64,000 nt of DNA from positions 1 through 64,000 of the forward strand of contig CAVRUH010000005.1 of NCBI GenBank assembly GCA_963724325.1. The letters run 5' to 3'. The translations under genes and the position numbers were made by a program. Within the stretch, counting starts at the first letter, position 1; the number at the start of each line of letters is the position of its first letter. Of this stretch, positions 10,946-22,252 are shown one piece after another. Source of the DNA: Waddliaceae bacterium (lineage in GTDB: Bacteria; Chlamydiota; Chlamydiia; Chlamydiales; Waddliaceae). The notes under the pieces were generated by a model that was not told where the DNA came from, did not search any database, and saw only the letters and a list, made by a program, of their open reading frames with translations.

Positions 10946-11867
10946 ATCGATGTCCTATCACTTATGAACCTTGTGGAAAGGATAAATATTCACAGAATGG
11001 TTTGAAGCTACTTTCTAAAAATTTAAAAGAAACGCTTTTGTTTCCTTATACAGCACAAGAACAGCTTAATCTTGCAGCCCAATATGCAACCAAACTTTCC
11101 ATTCAAGGAGTACAAGCCAAAATTAAGCGTAAGATTAAGCGCCTCTAAACACTGTTTTGAATTGGTTGAATCTAAAGGAACTTTCATCATTAAGCCGCCA
11201 AACCCTTTTTTTAGTGAACTACCACAAAATGAAGATCTTACTATGAGACTTGCCGCGATGATTGGTTTGGAGATTCCAATCCATGGCATGGTTTACGCGG
11301 AAGATGGGTCTTTAAGTTATTTCATAAAACGCTTTGATCGATATGGTCATTCAAAAAAACTGCCTGTTGAAGATTTTGCCCAGCTTTCTAATGCCTCAAG
11401 AAGAACGAAATATGACAGTAGCATGGAGAAATTGATTCCAATTATTGATCAGAACTGTTCTTTTCCAATGATTGAGAAACTGAAATTATTTAAAATTACA
11501 CTTTTTTTGCTTTCTAATTGGCAATGAAGACATGCATCTAAAGAATTTTTCCTTGATAAGGCGACCTGAAAAAATTGAGTTATCACCGTGCTATGACCTT
11601 ATCAATTCAAGTATTGTTTTGCACACCGGTGAAGAGCTTGCATTACCGTTAAAAGGAAAGAAAAGCAATTTGCACAAAGAACATCTAGTCGATTACTACG
11701 GTCTGGATAGATTGAAACTAAACCCAGCGGTGATAAATACTGAATTAGATCTTTTGCGAAAAATCCAACCCGAATGGTTAGACCTCATTAAAAAGAGTTT
11801 TCTCACAAAAGATCTTCAACAAAGTTATGTTGACCTTCTTAAAAAACGGTCTGAAATACTTTTTTAG
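10942..11867 (+). CDS. hipT: HipA-family kinase toxin (HipT-like), two frameshifts
   Basis: LSIQGVQ[P]KL, NEDLTMRLA, KRFDR, EDFAQL, GNEDMHLKNFS and LSPCYDL are restored by removing single extra bases near 11116 and in the T-run near 11505. Confidence 0.8.
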
Positions 11868-12126
11868 GGAAAATAAAATCTTAGGTTTTTTACACTTCCG
11901 CAGTCCTAAATTAATTAAAATTGAACTTGATGATAGACTTGCAGAAATGCGTTTAGGTGAATTGGATGACCTTACTTCGCCGGGGATTATTAAAGAATTT
12001 TGTGCAATAACAAAATATCTTGCTCTGAAAAGCCAAGAAAAATAAAATCTTTGACAAATTAATATTTTTATTTGATAATATAGGTAGAGATAGGTGAGTA
12101 TAATACAAGCCATCTTGGAGGTAGTT

Positions 12127-12438
12127 ATGTTTAAGAAATTATGTCCAGTGTCACTTGGATTATCCGGTGCTGCCGTGGGTATTTTGTTTGTAGTTGTTGT
12201 GGGTGTTTTAGGCTCATTTGGATTTTTCAAAGAAATGATCGAAATGGTGCAAAAAATGCATCCTAGTTTCGTTCTAACTGTTGGCGGGGTTGCCGTAGCT
12301 GCTGTTGTAGTGGGCGTTAAATCGTTCATATACTTCTTCCTATTAGCATGGTTTTATGACTTTTTTGTTGGTAGGTTGCCACATTCAATGTGCTGTGGTT
12401 GCAGTGATAAATCCTGTAAGCCAGGAGATATGAAGTAG
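12127..12438 (+). CDS. Small membrane protein of unknown function with Cys-rich tail
   Basis: GGAGG RBS, two hydrophobic segments, C-terminal MCCGCSDKSCK. Confidence 0.65.
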   Translation: MFKKLCPVSLGLSGAAVGILFVVVVGVLGSFGFFKEMIEMVQKMHPSFVLTVGGVAVAAVVVGVKSFIYFFLLAWFYDFFVGRLPHSMCCGCSDKSCKPGDMK

Positions 12439-12445
12439 CAGATGC

Positions 12446-13489
12446 CTACTCCTCAACGTTATTGATATGTAACGGAATGGGGGGTGGGTTTTTTATTTTC
12501 ATATTGAGTTTATTGCAAATTGCAGAGAGTATTTTACTTACGTGCTCGTGAGTGTTGTCAATGAAATAGCTGTATCGGTTTTGGGTTCCCCCTACCATAT
12601 TTCCCAGCAAGAATACTGATGGAACTGTGCTTTCCATGGTTACAGAGTCAAAATAAGGACTTTCATCCTCTGGATTTAGCTTCAATCCTATCTTTTTACA
12701 CAGTGACATGTTTGCTTTGAATCCAATATTTTTGATGATAAAATCTGTGTCGACCTCGATGCTTATTTTTTCCCCAATGCGTCTCATAGCCACTTTTTCG
12801 TTAAAAATTTCAACCAATTCGTAGTCAAAATAGCCTGTTATTTTCCCCGATAGGATTTTTGATGACATTTCGGGGTAGAGCCAGTATTTTACGTAATTGG
12901 GATCAATTTGGGTTCTTCGGTAGACGATTGATACATGGGCGCCTGCATGAAGGCATCTGAGGGCCGTCTCAACAGCTGAATTTCTACCCCCGACGATCAT
13001 GACTTTTTTTCCAAAGTACCGGTGGGGGTCTTCCATAGAGGCGGAGACGTGATTAAGGTTTTCCCCTGGGATATCTAGGGTTCTCGGGACGGATGTAGCA
13101 CCAGTGGCTAAAATGATAAAATTGACTCGATATTCATTTTTAGTTGTTTTTATATTGAAATGGCCATTTTCTCTCTTATCAATGCTTAAAACTTCCTCAT
13201 AGCTATTAATTTTTAGGTCATAGCACATAATAAGTGATCGTAGATAGGCAAGGTAGTCTTCCCTAGAGCAGTTTTGTTGGTCGATCGTCTGGATGGGGAT
13301 TCCTGCCAGGCTAATTTTCTCTGGGGAGCTAAAGAACTTCATCTGCGGGGGAAAATTGTAGATCATTTGACCAATTTGTCCCTTATCGAATTGAAAAAAG
13401 GAGAGCCCTTCCCTTTTCAGGGCAATTGCCATTTCAATGCCCAAGGGGCCAGCGCCTATGAGGCCAACTTGGGCCTCTAAAGCTTGCAT
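12446..13489 (-). CDS. FAD/NAD(P)H-dependent disulfide oxidoreductase, YpdA-like
   Basis: IGAGPLG, FPPQMKFFSS, LATG, VGGRNSAVETAL, VKYWLYP; no CxxC. Confidence 0.8.
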   Translation of the reverse strand: MQALEAQVGLIGAGPLGIEMAIALKREGLSFFQFDKGQIGQMIYNFPPQMKFFSSPEKISLAGIPIQTIDQQNCSREDYLAYLRSLIMCYDLKINSYEEVLSIDKRENGHFNIKTTKNEYRVNFIILATGATSVPRTLDIPGENLNHVSASMEDPHRYFGKKVMIVGGRNSAVETALRCLHAGAHVSIVYRRTQIDPNYVKYWLYPEMSSKILSGKITGYFDYELVEIFNEKVAMRRIGEKISIEVDTDFIIKNIGFKANMSLCKKIGLKLNPEDESPYFDSVTMESTVPSVFLLGNMVGGTQNRYSYFIDNTHEHVSKILSAICNKLNMKIKNPPPIPLHINNVEE

Positions 13490-15933
13490 GGAATAATTCC
13501 CCAGATTTTTTCGGCATATTCTCGAATCGAACGGTCCGATGAGAACTTACCAATGCGTGCGACGTTGAGAATGGACTTTCGTGTCCATTCGGTTTGGTCT
13601 AAGTAGGCAACATCTACAAGATCCTGACATTTAATGTACGAGGCATAATCGGCAAAAAGCATGTACTCGTCTCTATACAAAAGGGAGTCGACAAGGTTTC
13701 TGAAAATGTTTGAGAAGCGACCTTGATCGATCGCGTTGATAACTTCCCTTAAGTCGGCATTCATATCGATATAATGACGTGGATTATATCCTCGGGATTT
13801 TGTTTCTCTCACCTCTTCTGCTGAAAGTCCAAATAGGAAGAAGTTGTCTTCACCGACGGCGTTGCGTATCTCGATATTAGCCCCGTCAAGTGTTCCTATG
13901 GTGAGTGCGCCATTCATGGAGAATTTCATGTTGCCTGTTCCGGAAGCCTCTTTGCCTGCCGTTGAAATTTGTTCTGAGAGATCTGCAGCAGGATAAATAT
14001 GGTGAGCGTGCTTAACATTGAAATCGGGGTAAAAGAGTACTTTCAATCTGCCTGCGACATCAGGATCATTATTTACGACTTCAGCGACGTTATTAATAAG
14101 TTTGATGATCAATTTTGCCATGTAGTAGCCGGGAGCTGATTTCCCTCCGAATATTACGGTTCTGGGGACAATCTGAGCCTGTGGGTTTCTTTTAATTTTG
14201 AGATATTGTGAGATCACGTGGAGGATATTGAGATGTTGTCGTTTGTACTCGTGAATTCTTTTAACTTGGATATCAAAAAGGGAATGCGGATCTATGATCA
14301 TTCCGGTGCGGTATTTGACATCTCGGGCGAGTCTTTCCTTATTTTCAAATTTAATGCGCTGCCATTCCTTTTGAAATGAGGGGTCTTTTGAATAGGCTTC
14401 AAGCTTTGGAAGGTGCTCTTCCATGTTTCTTATCCAGCCATCGCCAATGGAATCGGTAATTAATTTTGACAAACGAGGATTGCTCAACATCACCCATCTG
14501 CGTGGGGTAACGCCATTAGTGATATTTATGAATTTATCGGGTTGTAATTGGTAGAAGTCATGCATGACATCTTGTTTTAATAATTCTGTATGGAGCTCGG
14601 CGACCCCATTGACAGCGTGACTTCCTATGGTTGCCAGATTGGCCATTCTGATATATTTTTCACCACTTTCATCAATGATTGACATCCGCCGAATCGCTGC
14701 GTCGTCGACGGTTCCAAGGGCACGAATTGAATTAAGAAAACGTTGATTAATTTCATAAATAATTTCAAGATGACGAGGGAGAAGGTTTTGAAATAGTGGT
14801 AAGGACCACTTTTCTAATGCTTCGGGCAATAGGGTGTGATTGGTATAGGCGAATGATTTCTGGGTGATATCCCAGGCTATATCCCACTCTAGATTGTGTT
14901 CATCGATCAACAGGCGCATCAATTCGGCAATTGCGATAGATGGGTGAGTGTCATTCAACTGGACGGCGTAGTTATTATGGAATTCAGTTATGGGATTGCC
15001 TCGGAGGATGTTGACACGGATCATATCTTGTAGAGAACACGAGACAAAAAAGTATTGTTGTTCAAGGCGAAGTCTTTTTCCTGCAATTGCCTCATCATTG
15101 GGGTAAAGGACTTTGGTGATATTTTCTGAATCCACTTTGTCTTCAACGGCTCTCCAATAATCACCAGCATTGAATGCTTGGAAGTCGAAGTTTTCGGTAG
15201 CATCGGCTTTCCATAATCGTAATAGATTCACTGTATTTACTTTGTATCCCGGAGCTGCGGTGTCGCAGGCTACTCCTCTGGTGGTCCTTTTGGGTATCCA
15301 TTTAACGATGAGATGGCCGTTTTCAGTCTTTCGTTCTGTGTAGCCTCCGAAATTGACGTTAAAGGCTATTTCGGGACGGATAATTTCCCACGGATTACCG
15401 CGGTGCAGCCAATTGTCTGCTAGTTCGACCTGCCATCCGTCTTTAATCGTTTGTTTGAAGATGCCGAATTCATACCGGATGCCATAACCAACTCCTAGGT
15501 ATTCTAATGATGCCATAGAATCGATATAACAGGCAGCAAGCCTTCCAAGGCCTCCGTTGCCGAGTCCTGGTTCTTGTTCTTCTGTAAGAAGTAATTCGAA
15601 ATTTTGACCTAAATTGGTCACAGCCTGGCGGACTTGGTCGTAGATGCCGAGATTGATCATATTACTAACCAGTTGTGGACCAATAAGGAATTCTGCTGAA
15701 AGGTAGCAGACGGCTTTATTGCGCTTATTGACGTATGTATCAATGGTTTGCATCCATCGCTCAAGGATTCGGTCTCTTACGGTGTAGGAGATGGCTAGAT
15801 ACCAGTCATGATGGGTGGCTGTCTGCGGAATCCTTCCCTGTAGTAGATATAAGTTGTCACGTATATCTTGTTCAATTGATTCTGGTAGTAGACCTGTCCT
15901 AACGCTTTCTTTTTTTTGGAACCAACTGACCAT
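13477..15933 (-). CDS. glgP: Glycogen/starch phosphorylase
   Basis: LGNGGLGRLAAC, QLNDTHP, KRIHEYKRQ, EASGTGNMKF (PLP lysine). Confidence 0.98.
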   Translation of the reverse strand: MVSWFQKKESVRTGLLPESIEQDIRDNLYLLQGRIPQTATHHDWYLAISYTVRDRILERWMQTIDTYVNKRNKAVCYLSAEFLIGPQLVSNMINLGIYDQVRQAVTNLGQNFELLLTEEQEPGLGNGGLGRLAACYIDSMASLEYLGVGYGIRYEFGIFKQTIKDGWQVELADNWLHRGNPWEIIRPEIAFNVNFGGYTERKTENGHLIVKWIPKRTTRGVACDTAAPGYKVNTVNLLRLWKADATENFDFQAFNAGDYWRAVEDKVDSENITKVLYPNDEAIAGKRLRLEQQYFFVSCSLQDMIRVNILRGNPITEFHNNYAVQLNDTHPSIAIAELMRLLIDEHNLEWDIAWDITQKSFAYTNHTLLPEALEKWSLPLFQNLLPRHLEIIYEINQRFLNSIRALGTVDDAAIRRMSIIDESGEKYIRMANLATIGSHAVNGVAELHTELLKQDVMHDFYQLQPDKFINITNGVTPRRWVMLSNPRLSKLITDSIGDGWIRNMEEHLPKLEAYSKDPSFQKEWQRIKFENKERLARDVKYRTGMIIDPHSLFDIQVKRIHEYKRQHLNILHVISQYLKIKRNPQAQIVPRTVIFGGKSAPGYYMAKLIIKLINNVAEVVNNDPDVAGRLKVLFYPDFNVKHAHHIYPAADLSEQISTAGKEASGTGNMKFSMNGALTIGTLDGANIEIRNAVGEDNFFLFGLSAEEVRETKSRGYNPRHYIDMNADLREVINAIDQGRFSNIFRNLVDSLLYRDEYMLFADYASYIKCQDLVDVAYLDQTEWTRKSILNVARIGKFSSDRSIREYAEKIWGIIPCKL

Positions 15934-16000
15934 GATTTTACCCCTTTTTTTGCATCATAATCTTTTTTGCATTTTCAGGGTAAAAAATTTGTGGTCTGCA

Positions 16001-16146
16001 TGAACTGTGGCCTGCTGTCGGAGACAGCAGACCACAGTGGTCCGCTCTCTCCGAGAGCGGACGCCTGCTGTCGGAGACAGCAGACCACAGTGTCCGCTCT
16101 CTCCGAGAGCGGTCGCCGGCTGTCGGAGACAGCAGGCCACAGTTCA
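16001..16146. repeat. REP/BIME-like cluster, family 1 (three A and two B hairpins), bounded by 19-bp inverted repeats
   Basis: tgaactgtggcctgctgtc ... gacagcaggccacagttca; same hairpins as 32039-34041 in reverse orientation. Confidence 0.9.
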
Positions 16147-16168
16147 AGAGAAGACCACGGGAGAAGTA

Positions 16169-18126
<1,958 letters not shown>

Positions 18127-18131
18127 TTATT

Positions 18132-18665
18132 TTAATTTTTTTCAGATACTTCTTCTTTAGGCGCTACCGACACCTTCACCCTTGCGGGGCGGAGCGGCTT
18201 ATCGCCCATAGTATATCCACGGATATTTTCTTCTATCACTACACCTGTCGGATGCTCCGTTGTGGTAATCATCTCGACAGCTTCATGTAAATAGGGGTCA
18301 AATGGTTTTCCTAGTGCGTCGATAGCTTTGACTCCATTATTAACCAATACGTCTTTGAATTGATTCAGGATCATTTGAAATCCAAGGGCCCAATGTTTGA
18401 CTTCAGGCGACGCATCCTGAGTATATTTCAAAGCATTTTCCAAGTGGTCTATCGGATGAAGGAAATCTACTAGCAATCCTCGAAGGGCGTAATCAATCAT
18501 TTCACCTTTCTCTTTTTGCAGTCTTTTCTTTGCATTCTCGTTATCCGCTAGCGCTGTCAGATACTTATTCTTGTATTCATTAACCTCCTGTTGAAGTTTC
18601 TCTACTTCACTTTCGGTTTTTTCCGGTTCTACGGGTTGTTGTTCATCCATTCCTTCTTCCTTCAT
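18132..18665 (-). CDS. grpE: Nucleotide exchange factor GrpE
   Basis: ADNENAKKR, FDPYLHEAV, GYTMGDKPLRPARVKV; lies between hrcA and dnaK. Confidence 0.96.
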   Translation of the reverse strand: MKEEGMDEQQPVEPEKTESEVEKLQQEVNEYKNKYLTALADNENAKKRLQKEKGEMIDYALRGLLVDFLHPIDHLENALKYTQDASPEVKHWALGFQMILNQFKDVLVNNGVKAIDALGKPFDPYLHEAVEMITTTEHPTGVVIEENIRGYTMGDKPLRPARVKVSVAPKEEVSEKN

Positions 18666-19789
18666 GTTTTATCCTCCAATAAAATCAAGGGGGACTGTCC
18701 TATTAACTTGGTCCCTTCTTGTGGTTGGCGGAAATTAATTTTAAATTTAAAAATATTTCTTGTTAATGCTTCGCTAATTCCTTCCGAAAAGGCATGCAAA
18801 ATCCCAAATACTTTGGGATAGGGCATTCTCGAGGGGCCTAGAATGCCAACAGCTCCAATAGTTTGCTGGTTAATTCGATAGGGTATCGCTGCTACTGCGC
18901 AATGTGGAGTCGATGTTGCATATGAATTGAGGTCCCCGCCTATCCAGAAGCGAGTTCTATTTGTTTTCATGCATTCTCTTAGAAGCAACCTCATTCCATG
19001 AGCGTTTTCAAAGAGAGATAAATTTGTGGCTAGCGAAACTGGATCATGAAATTCGGGGTAGCTAAGGAGTTTAGAGAATCCAGTGCGGAAAATTTCTTCG
19101 TCGATGAAATTTGAATAGCCTACAATATAACGGACCATAAGCTCATTGTATAATTTTTGAGCCAAAGCCTCCTCGGCAGGGGAAAGATTATCGGGTTTTT
19201 CGGCTCTGGAAAGGCGCCAATCGATGTAAGATTCGAGTCTTTTGACCGCAAAAGCGCTCATTTTCTCTTCAGTGCGGATGATTTCCGTTTGTATGACGCC
19301 AAAATCAGTGATAACGGCACAAAGGATGCGGAAAGCATCGAGATGAACAAGTTTGATTTCGATGATGAAATCCTGGTCAAAGCGAGGGGCAGACATAAAA
19401 ACGGCACAATCGGTCAATTTTCCGAGTATTTCAGCGCTTCGTTGGAGGAAGGAGGCGACTTCTTTTGTTTCTGCGTTCTTTAAGGGGAGGAGGAGTTCTT
19501 CGTTTTCAGGGTTAATTTGTTTGGATTCGATCTTTTCCTGGGCATAAAAGCGGAAGGCTTGTTCGGTTGGAATTCTGCCTCCGGAGGCATGCTGTTGTTC
19601 AAGGTAGCCTTCTTCTTCTAGGTTGGCGAAATAATTGCGGATGGTGGCAGAGCTGATGTCATTGAGGCCTGTTTCCTTAAGCGTGTTGGAACCTACCGGT
19701 TTGCCGGTTTCAATGTAATGCTCAATAAGTGCAATAAGCACATTATATTGCCTTTCTTCCTTGACAGATGTTCTTCTTGGTGCGTTCAA
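18662..19789 (-). CDS. hrcA: Heat-inducible transcription repressor HrcA
   Basis: YIETGKPVGS, SSATIRNYFANLEEEGYLEQQHASGGRIPT, GILGPSRMPY. Confidence 0.96.
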   Translation of the reverse strand: MNAPRRTSVKEERQYNVLIALIEHYIETGKPVGSNTLKETGLNDISSATIRNYFANLEEEGYLEQQHASGGRIPTEQAFRFYAQEKIESKQINPENEELLLPLKNAETKEVASFLQRSAEILGKLTDCAVFMSAPRFDQDFIIEIKLVHLDAFRILCAVITDFGVIQTEIIRTEEKMSAFAVKRLESYIDWRLSRAEKPDNLSPAEEALAQKLYNELMVRYIVGYSNFIDEEIFRTGFSKLLSYPEFHDPVSLATNLSLFENAHGMRLLLRECMKTNRTRFWIGGDLNSYATSTPHCAVAAIPYRINQQTIGAVGILGPSRMPYPKVFGILHAFSEGISEALTRNIFKFKINFRQPQEGTKLIGQSPLILLEDKT

Positions 19790-19816
19790 GGTAGAATCCT
19801 CCTTATTTCTACCCCC

Positions 19817-19846
19817 ATTATAAGCAAATCAGCAATTTTTGGTCAA
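19817..19846 (-). promoter_or_regulatory. sigma66 promoter of hrcA-grpE-dnaK
   Basis: TTGACC-18 bp-TATAAT on the minus strand. Confidence 0.8.
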
Positions 19847-19852
19847 GAAAAT

Positions 19853-19879
19853 TTAGCACTCGATTGATTAGAGTGCTAT
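19853..19879. promoter_or_regulatory. CIRCE operator
   Basis: TTAGCACTC-gattgatta-GAGTGCTAT matches TTAGCACTC-N9-GAGTGCTAA, just upstream of the -35 box. Confidence 0.95.
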
Positions 19880-19887
19880 ATTGGCGC

Positions 19888-21183
19888 TTATCCCATAATT
19901 TTTACGGGTAAAGTCACAAAGAAGGTGGAACCTTTTTCCAGCTCGCTTTCAACACGTACGGTGCCTTTATGTTCTTCTACAATTTTTTGGACAATAGCCA
20001 ATCCCAAGCCTGTTCCTCGTTCCCCGTGAGTACCAGTGTTTATTCCTTTCACAAATGGCTGAAACATTCGATCTTTTATTTCTGCTGGAATTCCAGTGCC
20101 ATGATCTTTAATACTTATTGTTATTTCTAATTTGGAATGGGCCAATTCTATTATAATTTCACTTCCGGGATGAGAAAATTTGATAGCGTTTGTAATGAGA
20201 TTGGAAAGGACCTGAACCATCTTATTTGGATCGCAATGAATTTTTACATGTTCATCAGTGGAGACAAGCTTAACTTGAATTTGCTTCTTATCAGCCACTG
20301 TATTCAGATATTCTAAGGCGTCTTTTATCAAAACGGGGAGGTTAACTTCTACAATATTCAAATTAATGGTTCCAGATTCGATAACCGATATATCAAGCAA
20401 TTCATTAATCATATTGAGCATAAAGATACTCGTGTTTTTGATGCGCTCAATGATATTTTGAGACTTAGGGTCAAGTTTATCAATTAGCTGTGAAAGTAGT
20501 AAATCGGAGAACATTCCAATGGCTCCGAGGGGATTTCTCATGTCATGTGCAGCCATACCTAAAAATTTATTTTTCTGGTCGACCAGTTCCTTTAATTCGT
20601 TATTCTTTTTCTTAACCTCATCATATAGTTGATTCATTCTTCTATTGGCTGTTTCCAGTTCAGTATTTTGTTGTACTGCATTCGAATAAGTTGAGAGGAG
20701 GAGCTCGGCGATTTGTGCATGAACTACTTGGATATGGTGTTTTTTCCCATCAAAGTAAAACTCCATTTCAGTTTGTGGCTTTTCGACATTATTAAGATCT
20801 ATATTTTCTATACTATTTTTCATAGTGGATAATAGGATTTTACTGTTGCAGGGTTTAGTCAAGAAGCCGTTGGCGCCGCATTCAATACCAAGAATAGCAT
20901 CCATTGGATCCTTGAGCCCAGTCAGCAAGATCACTGGAATATGTTTGATCTTAGGATCCATCTTGATTCTTTTACACAATTCATATCCATTCATTCTTGG
21001 CATTTCAATATCGCTGATAATGATTTGAGGCTTGCTATTTTCAATGATCGATAATGCTTCAATGCCATCGACAGCTGCTTTAACCTTCATATCATGCGTT
21101 TCAAGCAGTTCTTTGAGAAGCAAAGATTGAGTAGCACTATCCTCAACTATTAGGACATCGATATTGTCTAATTTTATCGTCAT
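19888..21183 (-). CDS. Hybrid receiver-histidine kinase (output of chemosensory cluster)
   Basis: N-terminal REC (LIVEDS, ISDIEMPRMNG), H-box AAHDMRNPL, NLITNAIKFS, GTGLGL. Confidence 0.92.
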   Translation of the reverse strand: MTIKLDNIDVLIVEDSATQSLLLKELLETHDMKVKAAVDGIEALSIIENSKPQIIISDIEMPRMNGYELCKRIKMDPKIKHIPVILLTGLKDPMDAILGIECGANGFLTKPCNSKILLSTMKNSIENIDLNNVEKPQTEMEFYFDGKKHHIQVVHAQIAELLLSTYSNAVQQNTELETANRRMNQLYDEVKKKNNELKELVDQKNKFLGMAAHDMRNPLGAIGMFSDLLLSQLIDKLDPKSQNIIERIKNTSIFMLNMINELLDISVIESGTINLNIVEVNLPVLIKDALEYLNTVADKKQIQVKLVSTDEHVKIHCDPNKMVQVLSNLITNAIKFSHPGSEIIIELAHSKLEITISIKDHGTGIPAEIKDRMFQPFVKGINTGTHGERGTGLGLAIVQKIVEEHKGTVRVESELEKGSTFFVTLPVKIMG

Positions 21184-22244
21184 AAACGTCTCACATTTTT
21201 TGATATCAAATAATTTAATGTAATTGGGATTTGATCTAAAGGTAACACTATATGAGCAGCCCCTAATTTAATCGCCTCTGCCGGCATTCCAAATACTACG
21301 CAACTTTTTTCATCTTGTGCTATTGTGTAGGCCCCTTTTTCCTTCATTAATAGCAATTCTTTTGCACCATCTTTACCCATTCCGGTCAAGATTACTCCCA
21401 CGCAGTTCTTTCCATACGTCTCGGCCATTGATTTAAATAATTGGGTAACAGAGGGCTGAATTCCTTCATCTTTTGCATAGTCTAATGAGATCACATTATT
21501 TTTATGGATTTTCATGTGACAATTTTCTGGAGCCACATAACAACATCCAGGCATAGCTATCTCTTGATTTTTTGGTATCACAATCTTAAGTTTTGTATAT
21601 GTTTGCAGCCAGGTGACTAATCCTTGAGTAAACCCTGGAACTATGTGTTGTACAATAAAAATAGGTACCGAAAATTCCGGATTCAATTGTGATATCAACA
21701 AAGCAAGTGCTGCGGGGCCTCCTAAGGAGGTTCCGATTGCTACAGCCTCAATTTTTTCGGAGAAATCGATTCTTCCCACTTGGGGAGAATGTACAAAATT
21801 TGGACTTTTGGCTACTTTTAGACGCCTAATAGGTGTAACATGGCTTATATTTTTGATTGTTTGAGTAATTTCTTTAGCTTTTTGATCGAAATGTGAATTC
21901 CCAAATCCGACGGGCTTTCCAAGGATAGCTAGAGCACCCGTTTCAATTGCTCGAAACCCCTGCATAGCATCCATAGGATTAAATGCCGATGTAATAATTA
22001 CAATCGGCATCGGTTTTGTCTCCATAATTGTCCGTGTGATATCGAATCCATTGATTTTTGGCATGATGACATCCATAGTGATTACGTCTGGTGTGTTCGA
22101 TTTCAACCATTTAATGGCTTCATCACCCCCGCCGCACATGCCAATGACTTTAAGGTCTGGATCGTTATCGATAATATGCTTTAATAGCTCTCTGGCCACT
22201 TGTGAGTCATCTACGATCAATACCTTAATAGGTTTTTTTTCCAT
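21180..22244 (-). CDS. cheB: Chemotaxis methylesterase CheB (WspF-like)
   Basis: REC plus GTSLGG, VQH, LTGMGKDGA, VVFGMP. Confidence 0.93.
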   Translation of the reverse strand: MEKKPIKVLIVDDSQVARELLKHIIDNDPDLKVIGMCGGGDEAIKWLKSNTPDVITMDVIMPKINGFDITRTIMETKPMPIVIITSAFNPMDAMQGFRAIETGALAILGKPVGFGNSHFDQKAKEITQTIKNISHVTPIRRLKVAKSPNFVHSPQVGRIDFSEKIEAVAIGTSLGGPAALALLISQLNPEFSVPIFIVQHIVPGFTQGLVTWLQTYTKLKIVIPKNQEIAMPGCCYVAPENCHMKIHKNNVISLDYAKDEGIQPSVTQLFKSMAETYGKNCVGVILTGMGKDGAKELLLMKEKGAYTIAQDEKSCVVFGMPAEAIKLGAAHIVLPLDQIPITLNYLISKNVRRL

Positions 22245-22252
22245 AAATTGAT

